IMG/VR virus record: IMGVR_UViG_3300030090_000465
Span: 1-53,098 of that record
Source of the DNA: a virus
Taxonomy: Duplodnaviria > Caudoviricetes
DNA: 53,098 nt
Reading direction: 5' to 3' (one strand)
Part shown: one piece after another, positions 16,580-26,284 of the stretch
Position numbering within the stretch: position 1 is the first letter of the stretch
Layout of the letters: every line of letters begins with the position of its first letter
Position numbers and translations under genes: made by a program
Notes under the pieces: generated by a model
The model's database searches: none
What the model was told of the DNA's origin: nothing
Seen by the model: the letters and a program-made list of their open reading frames with translations, nothing else

Positions 16580-16849
16580 ATGGGTAAAGTAATAGAATGG
16601 CGTAGTGTTAAACATAAAAAAGATAGAAAAGAAGCTCAACGAGTTGTTAATGAAATTCATACTGCTAAAACTGCAATAGCTATGATAATGGGTAAGCTTG
16701 AAGTTGGTTTGCTTGAAGGTTCTTTAGCTATGCAAATTTTAGTAAATAAAATTATAGAAGATCAAGAATGGGATAAAGAAACATTTGATCTTGCAGCTAG
16801 TGAGTATAAAGTAGTAATTAATAAAGATGATGATGAGGAGTTACATTAA
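16580..16849 (+). CDS. Hypothetical protein
   Basis: 89 aa, AGGAG RBS. Confidence 0.7.
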   Translation: MGKVIEWRSVKHKKDRKEAQRVVNEIHTAKTAIAMIMGKLEVGLLEGSLAMQILVNKIIEDQEWDKETFDLAASEYKVVINKDDDEELH

Positions 16850-16850
16850 C

Positions 16851-17078
16851 ATGAAAACCTACATCCATGTAAACCAACACAATATTAGAGCTAATAATAA
16901 AGGGGCTAACAAGCCTGTACTAACTGTAAAAAATTATAAACAAAATATTAAATGTAATGAAGTTAAGTTTACTAATGGACGAGTTGTTTATAGTCCTGAC
17001 AAACCATTGTCATGTGGGGCTAAAGTATGGATACAAACTGAAGACCCTGTAGAAATAGTTGGAGATAGTTATGTCTAA
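16851..17078 (+). CDS. Conserved phage hypothetical protein
   Basis: IHVNQH...YSPDKPLSCGAKVWI motif. Confidence 0.75.
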   Translation: MKTYIHVNQHNIRANNKGANKPVLTVKNYKQNIKCNEVKFTNGRVVYSPDKPLSCGAKVWIQTEDPVEIVGDSYV

Positions 17079-17241
17079 AGAAAAGAAAAAGTGTGTATCT
17101 TGTAGCCAAACTCAAGGCTTAGTAGTTTCTCAAAGTACTGAAGCCGGAGAAGTTTTATGGTGTGCAAGATGTTACACAGATTATTTAAGAAGAACTTCTA
17201 ATAAACGGAGAGTTCGTTATGTTTCTCAACCACAATTTTAA
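17071..17241 (+). CDS. Small Zn-ribbon protein
   Basis: CVSC...CARC; GGAG RBS. Confidence 0.6.
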   Translation: MSKEKKKCVSCSQTQGLVVSQSTEAGEVLWCARCYTDYLRRTSNKRRVRYVSQPQF

Positions 17242-17860
17242 AATAAATTCTTTTGCTCAAAGAAACGCTGATAACTTAGCTGTAGTTATACTAATGGTTT
17301 CATTAAGTATACAACAGAAATGGTCAGCAGTTGGTGATATGTTGTCATCAGTTAAAGAATCAAAGAAAGATTCTATTTATCTTTGGGGTAACAAAGCAGC
17401 AACTTATGATTATATATCTACACATAAACATTTTATGTATGGTCAAATGATGGCTGCATTGAATTCACATTACTCCAATGATCTTAAAGCATTTTCACTT
17501 ATGAAAATATTTTTAAAGATAGATGGTTTGGGTATAGCTAAAGCCGGATTTGTTTGTCAATTAGTATCTGGTTTAGTTGGCTGTATGGATGTTCATAATA
17601 TAAAAACTTATGGTGTCGATCCTAAGTCATTGGTTTTAAACAAAAATTTAACTAGCAAGCGAGGTATTCAAAACAATGAAACTAAAATAAAACAATACAT
17701 AAAACTATGCCATGACTACGGCACTGAAAATCTTTGGAACTCTTGGTGTTCAATGATAGCAGACAAGTATCCTAAAGATTTTATTGATGCCCATCATGTG
17801 TCTGAATTACATTACACATACTTAACTGGAGACTATAATGTTTCTGAAAGAACCATTTAA
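17219..17860 (+). CDS. HhH-GPD superfamily DNA glycosylase-like protein
   Basis: HhH motif IDGLGIAKAGF followed by a catalytic-type Asp in GCMDVHN. Confidence 0.6.
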   Translation: MFLNHNFKINSFAQRNADNLAVVILMVSLSIQQKWSAVGDMLSSVKESKKDSIYLWGNKAATYDYISTHKHFMYGQMMAALNSHYSNDLKAFSLMKIFLKIDGLGIAKAGFVCQLVSGLVGCMDVHNIKTYGVDPKSLVLNKNLTSKRGIQNNETKIKQYIKLCHDYGTENLWNSWCSMIADKYPKDFIDAHHVSELHYTYLTGDYNVSERTI

Positions 17861-18029
17861 ATATCGCACTTTAAAAGGTGCATATGATTCAATGAGGAAT
17901 CAATATGATTCTGACTATATCTATAATGTAGAACTTGTAGAATCATTAGGTATTACAGGAGACTATTGGATAGTAAAAGTATCAAACAAATCTGGTGATA
18001 CTTTTTTAGGTTACTTAGACGATTATTAA
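17838..18029 (+). CDS. Hypothetical protein
   Basis: 63 aa with GGAG RBS. Confidence 0.6.
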   Translation: MFLKEPFKYRTLKGAYDSMRNQYDSDYIYNVELVESLGITGDYWIVKVSNKSGDTFLGYLDDY

Positions 18030-18052
18030 ACTTTAAAACTTGGAGATATACC

Positions 18053-19048
18053 ATGCAAAATATAACATCTTTACACGTTAATGCTCAAAACGAAGCTCGA
18101 CTAGCACTAAGAGAAGCAAGCTATAATGGTGCTGACTTTGGCGTAGAGTATTCTAATCTACGTTTAGATAATACTGGAGCTATTGTAGATAATAAATATG
18201 CTAGTGTTCGTAAAGACAACGGGCAAATACTAGGGATTCACAGTAAATCTTACAAGCCTTTGACCCACAAACAAATGATAGATAATCAGCGAGAGATTAT
18301 TATTCGATCTGGTTTAGCTGATGGCTCTATAAAAGAAACTATTTCTTTAGATAAGACAGGTAAAAAATGTTATGTTAAACATGAGTTACCTAATCATTAT
18401 CTGTATACTCCAGATGGTGACGTAGCACGTTTAAGATTTCTATCTACCAATAGCTTCAATGGTAGTTGGGCTTATATAGTTTCAGCCGGAGCCAAACAAG
18501 ATGCTTGTCAGAATGGTCAGATATTTTTAAATGATGTAGCAACTCTTTACAAATCTAGACATAATATACACTTAAACCTCGATCATGCTGCTGATGTTAT
18601 GACCAAAGCAGTTCCAATATTTATGGAGCAATCTGAGCTATGGCATAAATGGCATGGTACTAGATGTAATAATTACAAAGCCTTACGAATCTTTGCTGAT
18701 GTAGTTCAGAAACCTGAGATTGCTACTGCTTTACATAGACATATGGCTTCTAGTGAATCTGATGGCAATCATGGAGTTATAGAAGTTGTAGATGGCATAC
18801 ACTTTACTGAGCAAGAACATATCAAAAACAATAGAAACTTTTTGAGTCTTTGGAATCGTTGGAATACTCACTACAAAAATGCGTTAGGTCAGAATCTTTG
18901 GGGTGTTTACAATACTCTTACTGATTGGTCTACTCATGTTTCAAAGTCTAATGCTCCTACATACTCTGCTAGTATCCAACATACTAGAGAAAATAAAGTT
19001 CAAAAGGTCTTGAACAAAGATGAGTGGGGGTTTAAAATAGCAGTCTAA
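18053..19048 (+). CDS. DUF932-family protein
   Basis: RKDNGQILGIHSKSYKPLTH, NSFNGS, ACQNG and NLWGVYNTLTDWSTH motifs. Confidence 0.8.
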   Translation: MQNITSLHVNAQNEARLALREASYNGADFGVEYSNLRLDNTGAIVDNKYASVRKDNGQILGIHSKSYKPLTHKQMIDNQREIIIRSGLADGSIKETISLDKTGKKCYVKHELPNHYLYTPDGDVARLRFLSTNSFNGSWAYIVSAGAKQDACQNGQIFLNDVATLYKSRHNIHLNLDHAADVMTKAVPIFMEQSELWHKWHGTRCNNYKALRIFADVVQKPEIATALHRHMASSESDGNHGVIEVVDGIHFTEQEHIKNNRNFLSLWNRWNTHYKNALGQNLWGVYNTLTDWSTHVSKSNAPTYSASIQHTRENKVQKVLNKDEWGFKIAV

Positions 19049-19074
19049 TTTCGGTGCGTGTGGTGTAGTCCTTT

Positions 19075-19103
19075 GGGGGGTGTAAAAACCCCCCGTTTTT
19101 TTT
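19075..19103 (+). terminator. Rho-independent terminator
   Basis: GGGGGG-TGTAAAAA-CCCCCC-GTTTTTTT. Confidence 0.8.
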
Positions 19104-19114
19104 GGAGAATAAAT

Positions 19115-19423
19115 ATGAATATTTTAAAAGAGTGGCCTGATAATAAGCAACGCTACTATCGAACTATAGATCAAATGTGGCAAGTTTTCTGGCATAATAA
19201 CCATGTGTCTCCTCCTAAAAATTATATTAAAGATAAGTTTATAAAGTATATTGATAGTGCATTAGGTGTTAATAGTAATACAACTGATGAGAGATTCATT
19301 AAGTTGATAGAAAAAAAATATCCACATGAAGATACTTATCATTATTTTGAGGATATGATTTGCCATATTGTTGTTATGTTTATAAATAATAATATAAAGG
19401 AGAAAAACAATGAAGATCAATGA
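19115..19423 (+). CDS. Hypothetical protein
   Basis: Likely start MNILKEW with GGAG RBS. Confidence 0.65.
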   Translation: MNILKEWPDNKQRYYRTIDQMWQVFWHNNHVSPPKNYIKDKFIKYIDSALGVNSNTTDERFIKLIEKKYPHEDTYHYFEDMICHIVVMFINNNIKEKNNEDQ

Positions 19424-19574
19424 AGCACTAAAGATAATGCTTAACTATTCAGACTATGATCCTGATGACATAGAATGGCAGAAAGCTTTTAATGAAATTA
19501 CTGAGGCTCTTGGTGTATTCTATGAAAAAAGATCAGGCAATTTTGTAACTAAAGATACTGGAGATGTGATATAA
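19410..19574 (+). CDS. Small hypothetical protein (54 aa)
   Basis: AAGGAG RBS; manual translation MKINEALKIMLNYSDYD... Confidence 0.65.
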   Translation: MKINEALKIMLNYSDYDPDDIEWQKAFNEITEALGVFYEKRSGNFVTKDTGDVI

Positions 19575-19822
19575 TGAATGTATATATGTTAGCCACTGTA
19601 CAGGCATCAAACTTTATAGAAGATAAGCATAAGCTGTGTTATATAAATAAAAAAAATGCTGAGTATATTCAAAAGCTTATGAAAGATAAACATGATACTG
19701 AATTTAAACTCTTAGAGATAGAGATCATGGATACTGGTAATTTTCAAATGCAAACAAATATAAATATTAATGATGATAAATATGAGTGGGGTAATTTTAA
19801 TGAGCGCAAAGCAACGACATAA
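19574..19822 (+). CDS. Hypothetical protein
   Basis: 82 aa, TAATG coupling to the previous gene. Confidence 0.6.
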   Translation: MNVYMLATVQASNFIEDKHKLCYINKKNAEYIQKLMKDKHDTEFKLLEIEIMDTGNFQMQTNININDDKYEWGNFNERKATT

Positions 19823-20048
19823 AAATTTAACAAGTGACAGAAACTTTTTATTTAGTAAAAGAAAACATAAAAAAGAAGAGTTTGCAGAAAACAAAAGAGA
19901 ACTTAGTAAAAAATTAGAGGTTCAAATTAAAGCCTATGTAAACTCTGGAGGTCAAATACAGAAATGTACTCCTTGTACATATTCAGATGGTCAAAGATTA
20001 GTAATGACTAGTAGCCAAAGAAATAGAGTTTGCGGAGCTATCAAATGA
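19800..20048 (+). CDS. SutA RNAP-binding-domain-like protein
   Basis: KRELSKKLEVQIKAYVNSGGQIQKC resembles the SutA core motif. Confidence 0.55.
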   Translation: MSAKQRHKNLTSDRNFLFSKRKHKKEEFAENKRELSKKLEVQIKAYVNSGGQIQKCTPCTYSDGQRLVMTSSQRNRVCGAIK

Positions 20049-20147
20049 TGTTAGGTTCAGTATTTTTTATACTTATTCTTTTTATTGACATAGCTATTTA
20101 TCTTATGATAGATTCTTATATGGATGGTACTTGGGATAAAATCCATA

Positions 20148-20438
20148 ATGATACAGAAAAAAACTTATGATGATTTAAGATTACTTCTAGATACTTTAGA
20201 AGGATTACCTTATGAATCTCAAAAAGATATAGCATATGTAGATGCAGTTCGGTTGATCGTAGATAGATACGAGGAAGATGATATGCGTAGAAAATCTCCA
20301 CATGAATTAATTAAAAGTAATCCTGTAGCTAAAAATGCTAGGAAGTTTAACAAATCTATGATACACTCAGATCAATATAAGGAATCAAAGAAAGGTTATA
20401 TAAAGCATAAAGGAAGAAACACAGACAAGGATGTCTAA
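20148..20438 (+). CDS. Hypothetical protein with a basic NPVAK...KKGYIKHK C-terminal module
   Basis: ORF track; possible internal start at 20283 with GAGGA RBS. Confidence 0.6.
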   Translation: MIQKKTYDDLRLLLDTLEGLPYESQKDIAYVDAVRLIVDRYEEDDMRRKSPHELIKSNPVAKNARKFNKSMIHSDQYKESKKGYIKHKGRNTDKDV

Positions 20439-20480
20439 TTTAATAGAATTATCAACAACATACCTATGGAGGTATAACAC

Positions 20481-20912
20481 ATGGCGGTACTTAAAAACTG
20501 CAAAGTAGAGTGGGCTTCTATAACTGTCCCAAACACAACCTATGAACCAGTATATACAGTTAATGTATTATTGGATAACAATACTGCTAGTGACTTTGAG
20601 AAGCGTGGCTTCAAAGTAAAAGAAACTGAGAACGGTAAAGCAGTTGTTATTAAAAGAAAGGTTAATGGCCCGAATGGTATGACTCGTCCGGCTCCAAAAC
20701 TATTTGATAAATCTAAGAATGAAATAGATGTATCAGTAGGTAATGGATCAACCTGTAATGTTCAATACAAGGAGTGGGAAGTTCAGCGACAAGGACAAAC
20801 CTTTAAGGGTCTTGATCTTCAAGCTGTACAAGTTCTTGACTTGGTATCCTACAATCAAGCAGGTGATGAGTTTGATGTCGAAGAATCTTTAGAAGAGGAT
20901 GATGAACTATGA
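20481..20912 (+). CDS. Single-stranded DNA-binding protein (T7 gp2.5-like)
   Basis: VGNGSTCNV and LQAVQVLDLVSY motifs, acidic C-terminal tail. Confidence 0.8.
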   Translation: MAVLKNCKVEWASITVPNTTYEPVYTVNVLLDNNTASDFEKRGFKVKETENGKAVVIKRKVNGPNGMTRPAPKLFDKSKNEIDVSVGNGSTCNVQYKEWEVQRQGQTFKGLDLQAVQVLDLVSYNQAGDEFDVEESLEEDDEL

Positions 20913-21226
20913 ATGTAACTCCTGAAACTCCAAGATTCAGGACTGACGAGGGAGACTTTAATGTCTCCCTTTTCAGCGATGAAGGTAAATTAAAATTTAA
21001 ATTAGCACAGAAAGCTGTTACTGAACTGTCTGATTTAAGTGATAGAGTTATGATACAACGAGAAGCATTGCAATCATTACGCCAAAGCATTATGGATAAT
21101 GAATGTAATGATGATACACTTATTAAACCTGAAAGAGCGAGGACTGCTACAGGACAATATAAAGCTGATGATCCTTCTACACCGGATGTAAACGAAGCAT
21201 ACGTTCAGCCCGATAAAGAGGATTAG
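20909..21226 (+). CDS. Hypothetical protein
   Basis: 105 aa, C-terminal RARTATGQYKADDPSTPDVNEAY. Confidence 0.7.
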   Translation: MNVTPETPRFRTDEGDFNVSLFSDEGKLKFKLAQKAVTELSDLSDRVMIQREALQSLRQSIMDNECNDDTLIKPERARTATGQYKADDPSTPDVNEAYVQPDKED

Positions 21227-21228
21227 AT

Positions 21229-22896
21229 ATGGGATTTGCTAAGTATCATTTACCCTGCCCTGAGTGTGGGGGAAGTGATCCTGTCTCAGTAAATGATGAC
21301 GGGTCAGGCTATTGTTTTAGTTGCACAAAGTTCTTTAAGAACTATGAGTCATCTTGTAGAAGTAGCTTTACTCCTGAAAATGATTTTTGTAAACAGCCTG
21401 TAGACATTAAACCTTACAGGAATAATGCTATGAATAATGCAGAAGGAGAGTTTGTAGCTCTTACTGATAGAGGTATATCTTTAAATTCAGCTAAGACTTT
21501 TGGAGTCAAAGCTATAAAGAACTTACAAGGAGAAATAGTTAAACATCTTTATCCTTATTATATAGCCAATGAAATTGTAGGTTATAAAGTAAGAGAACAA
21601 AACAAAATGTTTACATGGAAGGGAACTGGACAAGGTAGTGGATTGTTTGGTGAACAGCTATGTCAATCAGGCGGTAAGTTTATAACTCTTGTTGAGGGTG
21701 AGTGTGATGCAATGGCAGCATACGAATTGCTTGGTTCCAAGTGGCCTGTAGTTTCTATTAAGAATGGGGCGGGTGGTGCAGTCAAAGATGTTAAGCAATC
21801 CCTTGAGTTCCTAGAGAAGTTCGACACAGTTGTAATTAATTTTGATAATGATAAACCGGGCAGGGATGCAGCTAAGAAAGTAGCTAGGATATTAAGTCCG
21901 GGTAAAGCTAAGATAATGAATTTACCAGAGGACTTTAAAGATGCCAATGATATGCTACGCAAAGGCAGTTCCCATGCTTATACTACCGCTTGGTGGAGTG
22001 CTAAGATATATACTCCTAGCGGTGTGGTTAATGCCGGAGATTTAAAAGATAAATACTTTAACAGAGAAAAGAAAGAGTCTGTACCTTATCCGTGGGAAGG
22101 CTTAAATCAAAAGCTCTATGGCCTTAGATCGGGTGAGCTAGTTACTTTAACTGGAGGCACTGGTCTAGGTAAATCTAGTATTACTAGAGAACTAGAGCAT
22201 TGGCTTATAACTCAGACTCAAGATAATGTAGGTATTGTAGCTCTTGAAGAACATGATATGAGGACATTGGATTGTCTGATGTCTATTGAAGCTAATGATA
22301 GACTGTATATAGATCATGTTAGAGAAAACTATGATCAAAAATATTTAGATGAAATTTATAATAAAATTTATAGTGATGGTAGAGTGTGGATTCATGCTCA
22401 CTTTGGCTCTAATGATATAGACGAAATCTTTAGTAAGATTAGGTTTATGATTATAGGTTGTGACTGTAAGTGGGTAGTAGTAGATCACTTACATATGCTT
22501 GTATCAGCTACCACTGAGGGTGATGAACGTAGAACCATAGATAGTATTATGACTAAGCTACGATCTATCGTTGAAGAAACAGGGGCGGGTATGATATTAG
22601 TTTCACATCTAAGAAGGGTTGAAGGTAATAGAGGACATGAGAATGGAGTGACAGTAGGACTCAATCACCTCAGAGGTTCTCAGTCTATCGCTCAGTTATC
22701 AGATTGTGTTATAGCTCTTGAGCGTAACCAACAGTCTGATGATCCTATAGATTCTCAAACAACTCATATGCGGATACTTAAATCTAGATATACTGGTGAC
22801 GTTGGTATGGCTACTCATTTGCTGTACGATCAGGATACTGGTAGACTTAAAGAGTTAGATGCCGCAGACTTTGAAGATGATGGAGCAGAGTTATGA
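21229..22896 (+). CDS. T7 gp4-like DNA primase/helicase
   Basis: Zn finger CPECGGSD...CFSC, TOPRIM EGECDA/FDND, Walker A GGTGLGKS, DHLH, LRGS. Confidence 0.96.
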   Translation: MGFAKYHLPCPECGGSDPVSVNDDGSGYCFSCTKFFKNYESSCRSSFTPENDFCKQPVDIKPYRNNAMNNAEGEFVALTDRGISLNSAKTFGVKAIKNLQGEIVKHLYPYYIANEIVGYKVREQNKMFTWKGTGQGSGLFGEQLCQSGGKFITLVEGECDAMAAYELLGSKWPVVSIKNGAGGAVKDVKQSLEFLEKFDTVVINFDNDKPGRDAAKKVARILSPGKAKIMNLPEDFKDANDMLRKGSSHAYTTAWWSAKIYTPSGVVNAGDLKDKYFNREKKESVPYPWEGLNQKLYGLRSGELVTLTGGTGLGKSSITRELEHWLITQTQDNVGIVALEEHDMRTLDCLMSIEANDRLYIDHVRENYDQKYLDEIYNKIYSDGRVWIHAHFGSNDIDEIFSKIRFMIIGCDCKWVVVDHLHMLVSATTEGDERRTIDSIMTKLRSIVEETGAGMILVSHLRRVEGNRGHENGVTVGLNHLRGSQSIAQLSDCVIALERNQQSDDPIDSQTTHMRILKSRYTGDVGMATHLLYDQDTGRLKELDAADFEDDGAEL

Positions 22897-24641
22897 CCTC
22901 TTTAGTATTTGACATAGAAACAGATGATTTAAATGCCACTAAGATTTGGTGTTTAAGTACCTGTGATGTCGATACAGAACACGTTTGTTCTTATTGGGGT
23001 GATAAACTTGATAAAGGTCTTCAAGCTTTACAGGATGCTGATAAACTTATAGGTCATAACATTATAGGTTTTGATATACCTGTACTGAAGAAACTTACTG
23101 GCGTTGATTTGTCCGGCAAAAAACTAATAGATACTTTAGTTCTTTCTAGATTATTCAATCCAGTACGAGAGGGCAATCATGGCCTTGAGTCTTGGGGCTT
23201 TAGATTAGATTGTCCTAAGATAGAGTTTAATGATTACCAAACATTCTCTATTGATATGGTTAAGTATTGTGAGCGTGATGTATTACTTAACAAAAGAGTT
23301 TATGATGCTTTGAGTAAAGAAAAGCATGGGTTTTCTAGAGACTCTATAAACTTAGAACAAAACATAGCAGGTATATTAACTAAACAAAGAGATAAGGGAT
23401 TCTTGTTAGACGTTAAGTTTGCTACGCTTTTGTTGGCTACATTAAAAGATAAGTTAGATGCTACAGTTGCAGAAGTACATAAAGAATTTAAACCAGAGGA
23501 ACATACTTTAATTCTTTATCCTGTTAAAACTAAAGCAGGTAAACTATCTAGGATGGCTGTAGCTGCTGATGGTACTAAGTATAGATTAAACTCTGATGAG
23601 TATGATGCTTTAGAAGCTCACGATCAAGTCGCAAGAATTAGTCGAACAGAGTTTAATCTAGGTTCTAGAAAACAAATAGGAGAATATTTACAGAAGTTTG
23701 GTTGGAAGCCTAGTAAGTTTACTCCTACTGGTCAGCCTATTGTAGATGAATCAACTCTTAAAAGAATAGATTCTATACCTCAAGCTAAACTTATAGCTGA
23801 CTATTTGATGTACCAAAAACGTATAGCTCAAATTAAATCTTGGTTAGATAATGCAGATGATGATGGTAGAGTTCATGGCTTTGTTAATCCCAATGGAACT
23901 ATAACAGGGCGTATGACTCATCGAGAACCTAACCTTGCACAAGTTCCTAGTTCTAGCTCTCCTTATGGAAAAGATTGTAGAGCTTGTTGGATAGTACCCA
24001 AAGGTTATAACCTAGTAGGTATAGATGCTTCGGGGCTAGAACTTAGGATGCTTGCACATTATATGAACGACAAGGAGTTCACTGATGAAATTTTACATGG
24101 AGACATACACTCCGCTAATCAAAAAATTGCAGGACTTAAATCTAGAAATCAGGCAAAAACTTTTATATACGCCTTCATATACGGAGCGGGAAATGAAAAA
24201 ATTGGAAGCGTGGTTGGAGGAAGCAAACAAGATGGTCAAAGACTTAAACAACGTTTCCTTGATAATCTCCCATCACTTAGAACTCTTAAAAACAGAGTTA
24301 CGAGAGCAGCAGCAAAAGGTTTCATCAAAGGGTTAGATGGTCGTAAGATTTATATTAGATCAGCACACTCAGCCCTCAATGCTTTATTACAGGGCGGTGG
24401 TAGTATAGTAATGAAGAAAGCTTTAGAGCTTTTAAACCAATATATTATAGAACATAATCTTGATGCCCACTTTGTAGCTAACATACATGATGAATGGCAG
24501 ATAGAAGTAGCTGAAAAAGATGCACAGCAGGTAGGTAAGTTAGGAGTTAAAGCTATACAACAGGCGGGACTTGAGTTTGACATGAAGTGTCCTTTAGATG
24601 GTGAATATCATATAGGAGATAACTGGAGTGAAACACATTAA
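22893..24641 (+). CDS. DNA polymerase family A (T7 gp5-like, Tyr at the 762-equivalent position)
   Basis: Exo FDIET, GHNIIGFD; motif A DASGLELR; motif B RNQAKTFIYAFIYG; motif C IHDE. Confidence 0.96.
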   Translation: MTSLVFDIETDDLNATKIWCLSTCDVDTEHVCSYWGDKLDKGLQALQDADKLIGHNIIGFDIPVLKKLTGVDLSGKKLIDTLVLSRLFNPVREGNHGLESWGFRLDCPKIEFNDYQTFSIDMVKYCERDVLLNKRVYDALSKEKHGFSRDSINLEQNIAGILTKQRDKGFLLDVKFATLLLATLKDKLDATVAEVHKEFKPEEHTLILYPVKTKAGKLSRMAVAADGTKYRLNSDEYDALEAHDQVARISRTEFNLGSRKQIGEYLQKFGWKPSKFTPTGQPIVDESTLKRIDSIPQAKLIADYLMYQKRIAQIKSWLDNADDDGRVHGFVNPNGTITGRMTHREPNLAQVPSSSSPYGKDCRACWIVPKGYNLVGIDASGLELRMLAHYMNDKEFTDEILHGDIHSANQKIAGLKSRNQAKTFIYAFIYGAGNEKIGSVVGGSKQDGQRLKQRFLDNLPSLRTLKNRVTRAAAKGFIKGLDGRKIYIRSAHSALNALLQGGGSIVMKKALELLNQYIIEHNLDAHFVANIHDEWQIEVAEKDAQQVGKLGVKAIQQAGLEFDMKCPLDGEYHIGDNWSETH

Positions 24642-25110
24642 TATACTTCCTGAAGATATAAAAAAAGCAGAGCATTTAGCTAATAAAATGGGACGATTAA
24701 ATAATTCAATAACAAAAGGACAGGGAAACGTACACGGATTTTTAGGAGAAATAATAGTTTCTAATTTTTTAAAATCTGAATTATGTAATACATACGATTA
24801 CGATATAATACATAATAATTTTAAAATAGATGTAAAAACAAAAAGAGTAAACACCCCTCCAAGACTTACTTATGAATGTTCTATAGCTGCTTTAAATACT
24901 AAACAAAAATGTCATATGTATATTTTTACTAGAATATTAAATAGTATGAAAGAAGGATGGATACTTGGATATTTAAATAAAAAAGAATATTTTAAAAAAG
25001 CTACCTTCTTAAAAAAAGGACATATTGATCCCTCTAATAATTGGCAAGTATTAACAGATTGTTATAATTTACCTATAAGTATTTTAAATAATATAGAGGA
25101 ATTAATATGA
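24628..25110 (+). CDS. PD-(D/E)XK-type nuclease-like protein
   Basis: GFLGE...YD...IDVKT; visibly AT-richer than its neighbours. Confidence 0.6.
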   Translation: MKHINILPEDIKKAEHLANKMGRLNNSITKGQGNVHGFLGEIIVSNFLKSELCNTYDYDIIHNNFKIDVKTKRVNTPPRLTYECSIAALNTKQKCHMYIFTRILNSMKEGWILGYLNKKEYFKKATFLKKGHIDPSNNWQVLTDCYNLPISILNNIEELI

Positions 25111-25391
25111 CAATAAAACATAATCCAAGTAGAGTAGGTGATCTAGCAGAACACTATGCTATTACATGGCTATGGGATAATGGCTATCATGTCTTTAAAA
25201 ACTGTGGGTGTACTGGCCCTGTAGATATTGTGGCTATGTCTCCAGAAGGGGAGATAACTTTAATAGATGTTAAGTCATATAAAGATACTAGGCTTTCAGG
25301 TAAAACAGATATACAGAAAAAACTAAATGTGCAATACTTACATTACAATTCAAAAAGTCGCAAGTGTAGATTTGTGAGGCATAAAAAATGA
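25107..25391 (+). CDS. Hjc/PD-(D/E)XK resolvase-like endonuclease
   Basis: GDLAE...GY.VF...PVDIVA...LIDVKS. Confidence 0.7.
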   Translation: MTIKHNPSRVGDLAEHYAITWLWDNGYHVFKNCGCTGPVDIVAMSPEGEITLIDVKSYKDTRLSGKTDIQKKLNVQYLHYNSKSRKCRFVRHKK

Positions 25392-26284
25392 ATGACTTAA
25401 TTAAAGACATATACGAAACTATAGAACCTCTATCAAATGGTGAAGCTATAGATATATCTGAATATCAAATAGAAGTATTTGGTAAAGCTATGGAAGCTGC
25501 GCTTCGATCTTGGGCTAACCCAACTCATAGAGATTCTAACTTTAATATTAGAATGTCTAATGTTGGTAAACCTGTTAGACGTTTATGGTTTGATAATAAA
25601 TATAAAAATACACACTCTGATTCTAAACCTAGTGCTCATACACAGATTAAATTTCTTTATGGTCATATGCTAGAAGAGTTAGTTAAATTATTTGTAATTA
25701 TATCTGGTCACGATTTAACAGGGCAACAAAAAGAAGTTGTTGTCGATGGCGTATCAGGGCATATAGATTGTATAATAGATGATGAAGTAGTAGATATTAA
25801 AACTGCATCAGGCTTTGCGTTTAACAAATTTAAAAACGGAACACTAAGAGATGACGATCCTTTTGGTTATCTAGGACAGCTTGCAGGTTATGAGGAGTCA
25901 GAAGGTACAAACAAAGGTGGTCTTCTTGTTATTAATAAAGAGAACGGTGAGCTTTGTTTCTATCAACCAGAAGATTTAGATAAACCAAACATAAGAAATA
26001 AAATTAAAATTATAGATAAAGCATTAAAGGATTCAAATCCTCCGGCAGAGTATTGTTATAACACTATACCTGATGGAGTTAAGGGTAATGAAAAGCTACA
26101 CAAAAACTGTGCTTGGTGTCCACATAAGTTTGAGTGCTATAAAGATTCTAATAATGGTAAAGGTTTAAGAATTTTTCAATACTCTAAAGGCTACGCTTTT
26201 CTTACTAAAGTTGTAGTAGAACCTAAAGTACAGGAGCTAGACCATGAATTCAAAAACTTGCAAGAAGATACGGAAGCAATCTAA
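25388..26284 (+). CDS. Cas4-like PD-(D/E)XK exonuclease
   Basis: GHID...VDIKT, QLAGY, CAWCPHKFEC. Confidence 0.8.
   Translation: MNDLIKDIYETIEPLSNGEAIDISEYQIEVFGKAMEAALRSWANPTHRDSNFNIRMSNVGKPVRRLWFDNKYKNTHSDSKPSAHTQIKFLYGHMLEELVKLFVIISGHDLTGQQKEVVVDGVSGHIDCIIDDEVVDIKTASGFAFNKFKNGTLRDDDPFGYLGQLAGYEESEGTNKGGLLVINKENGELCFYQPEDLDKPNIRNKIKIIDKALKDSNPPAEYCYNTIPDGVKGNEKLHKNCAWCPHKFECYKDSNNGKGLRIFQYSKGYAFLTKVVVEPKVQELDHEFKNLQEDTEAI

Noticed and set aside
25388-26284. Cas4-like gene as evidence of a CRISPR-Cas system
   Set aside because: Stand-alone Cas4-like exonucleases are routine in phage replication modules; no cas1/cas2 or array is present
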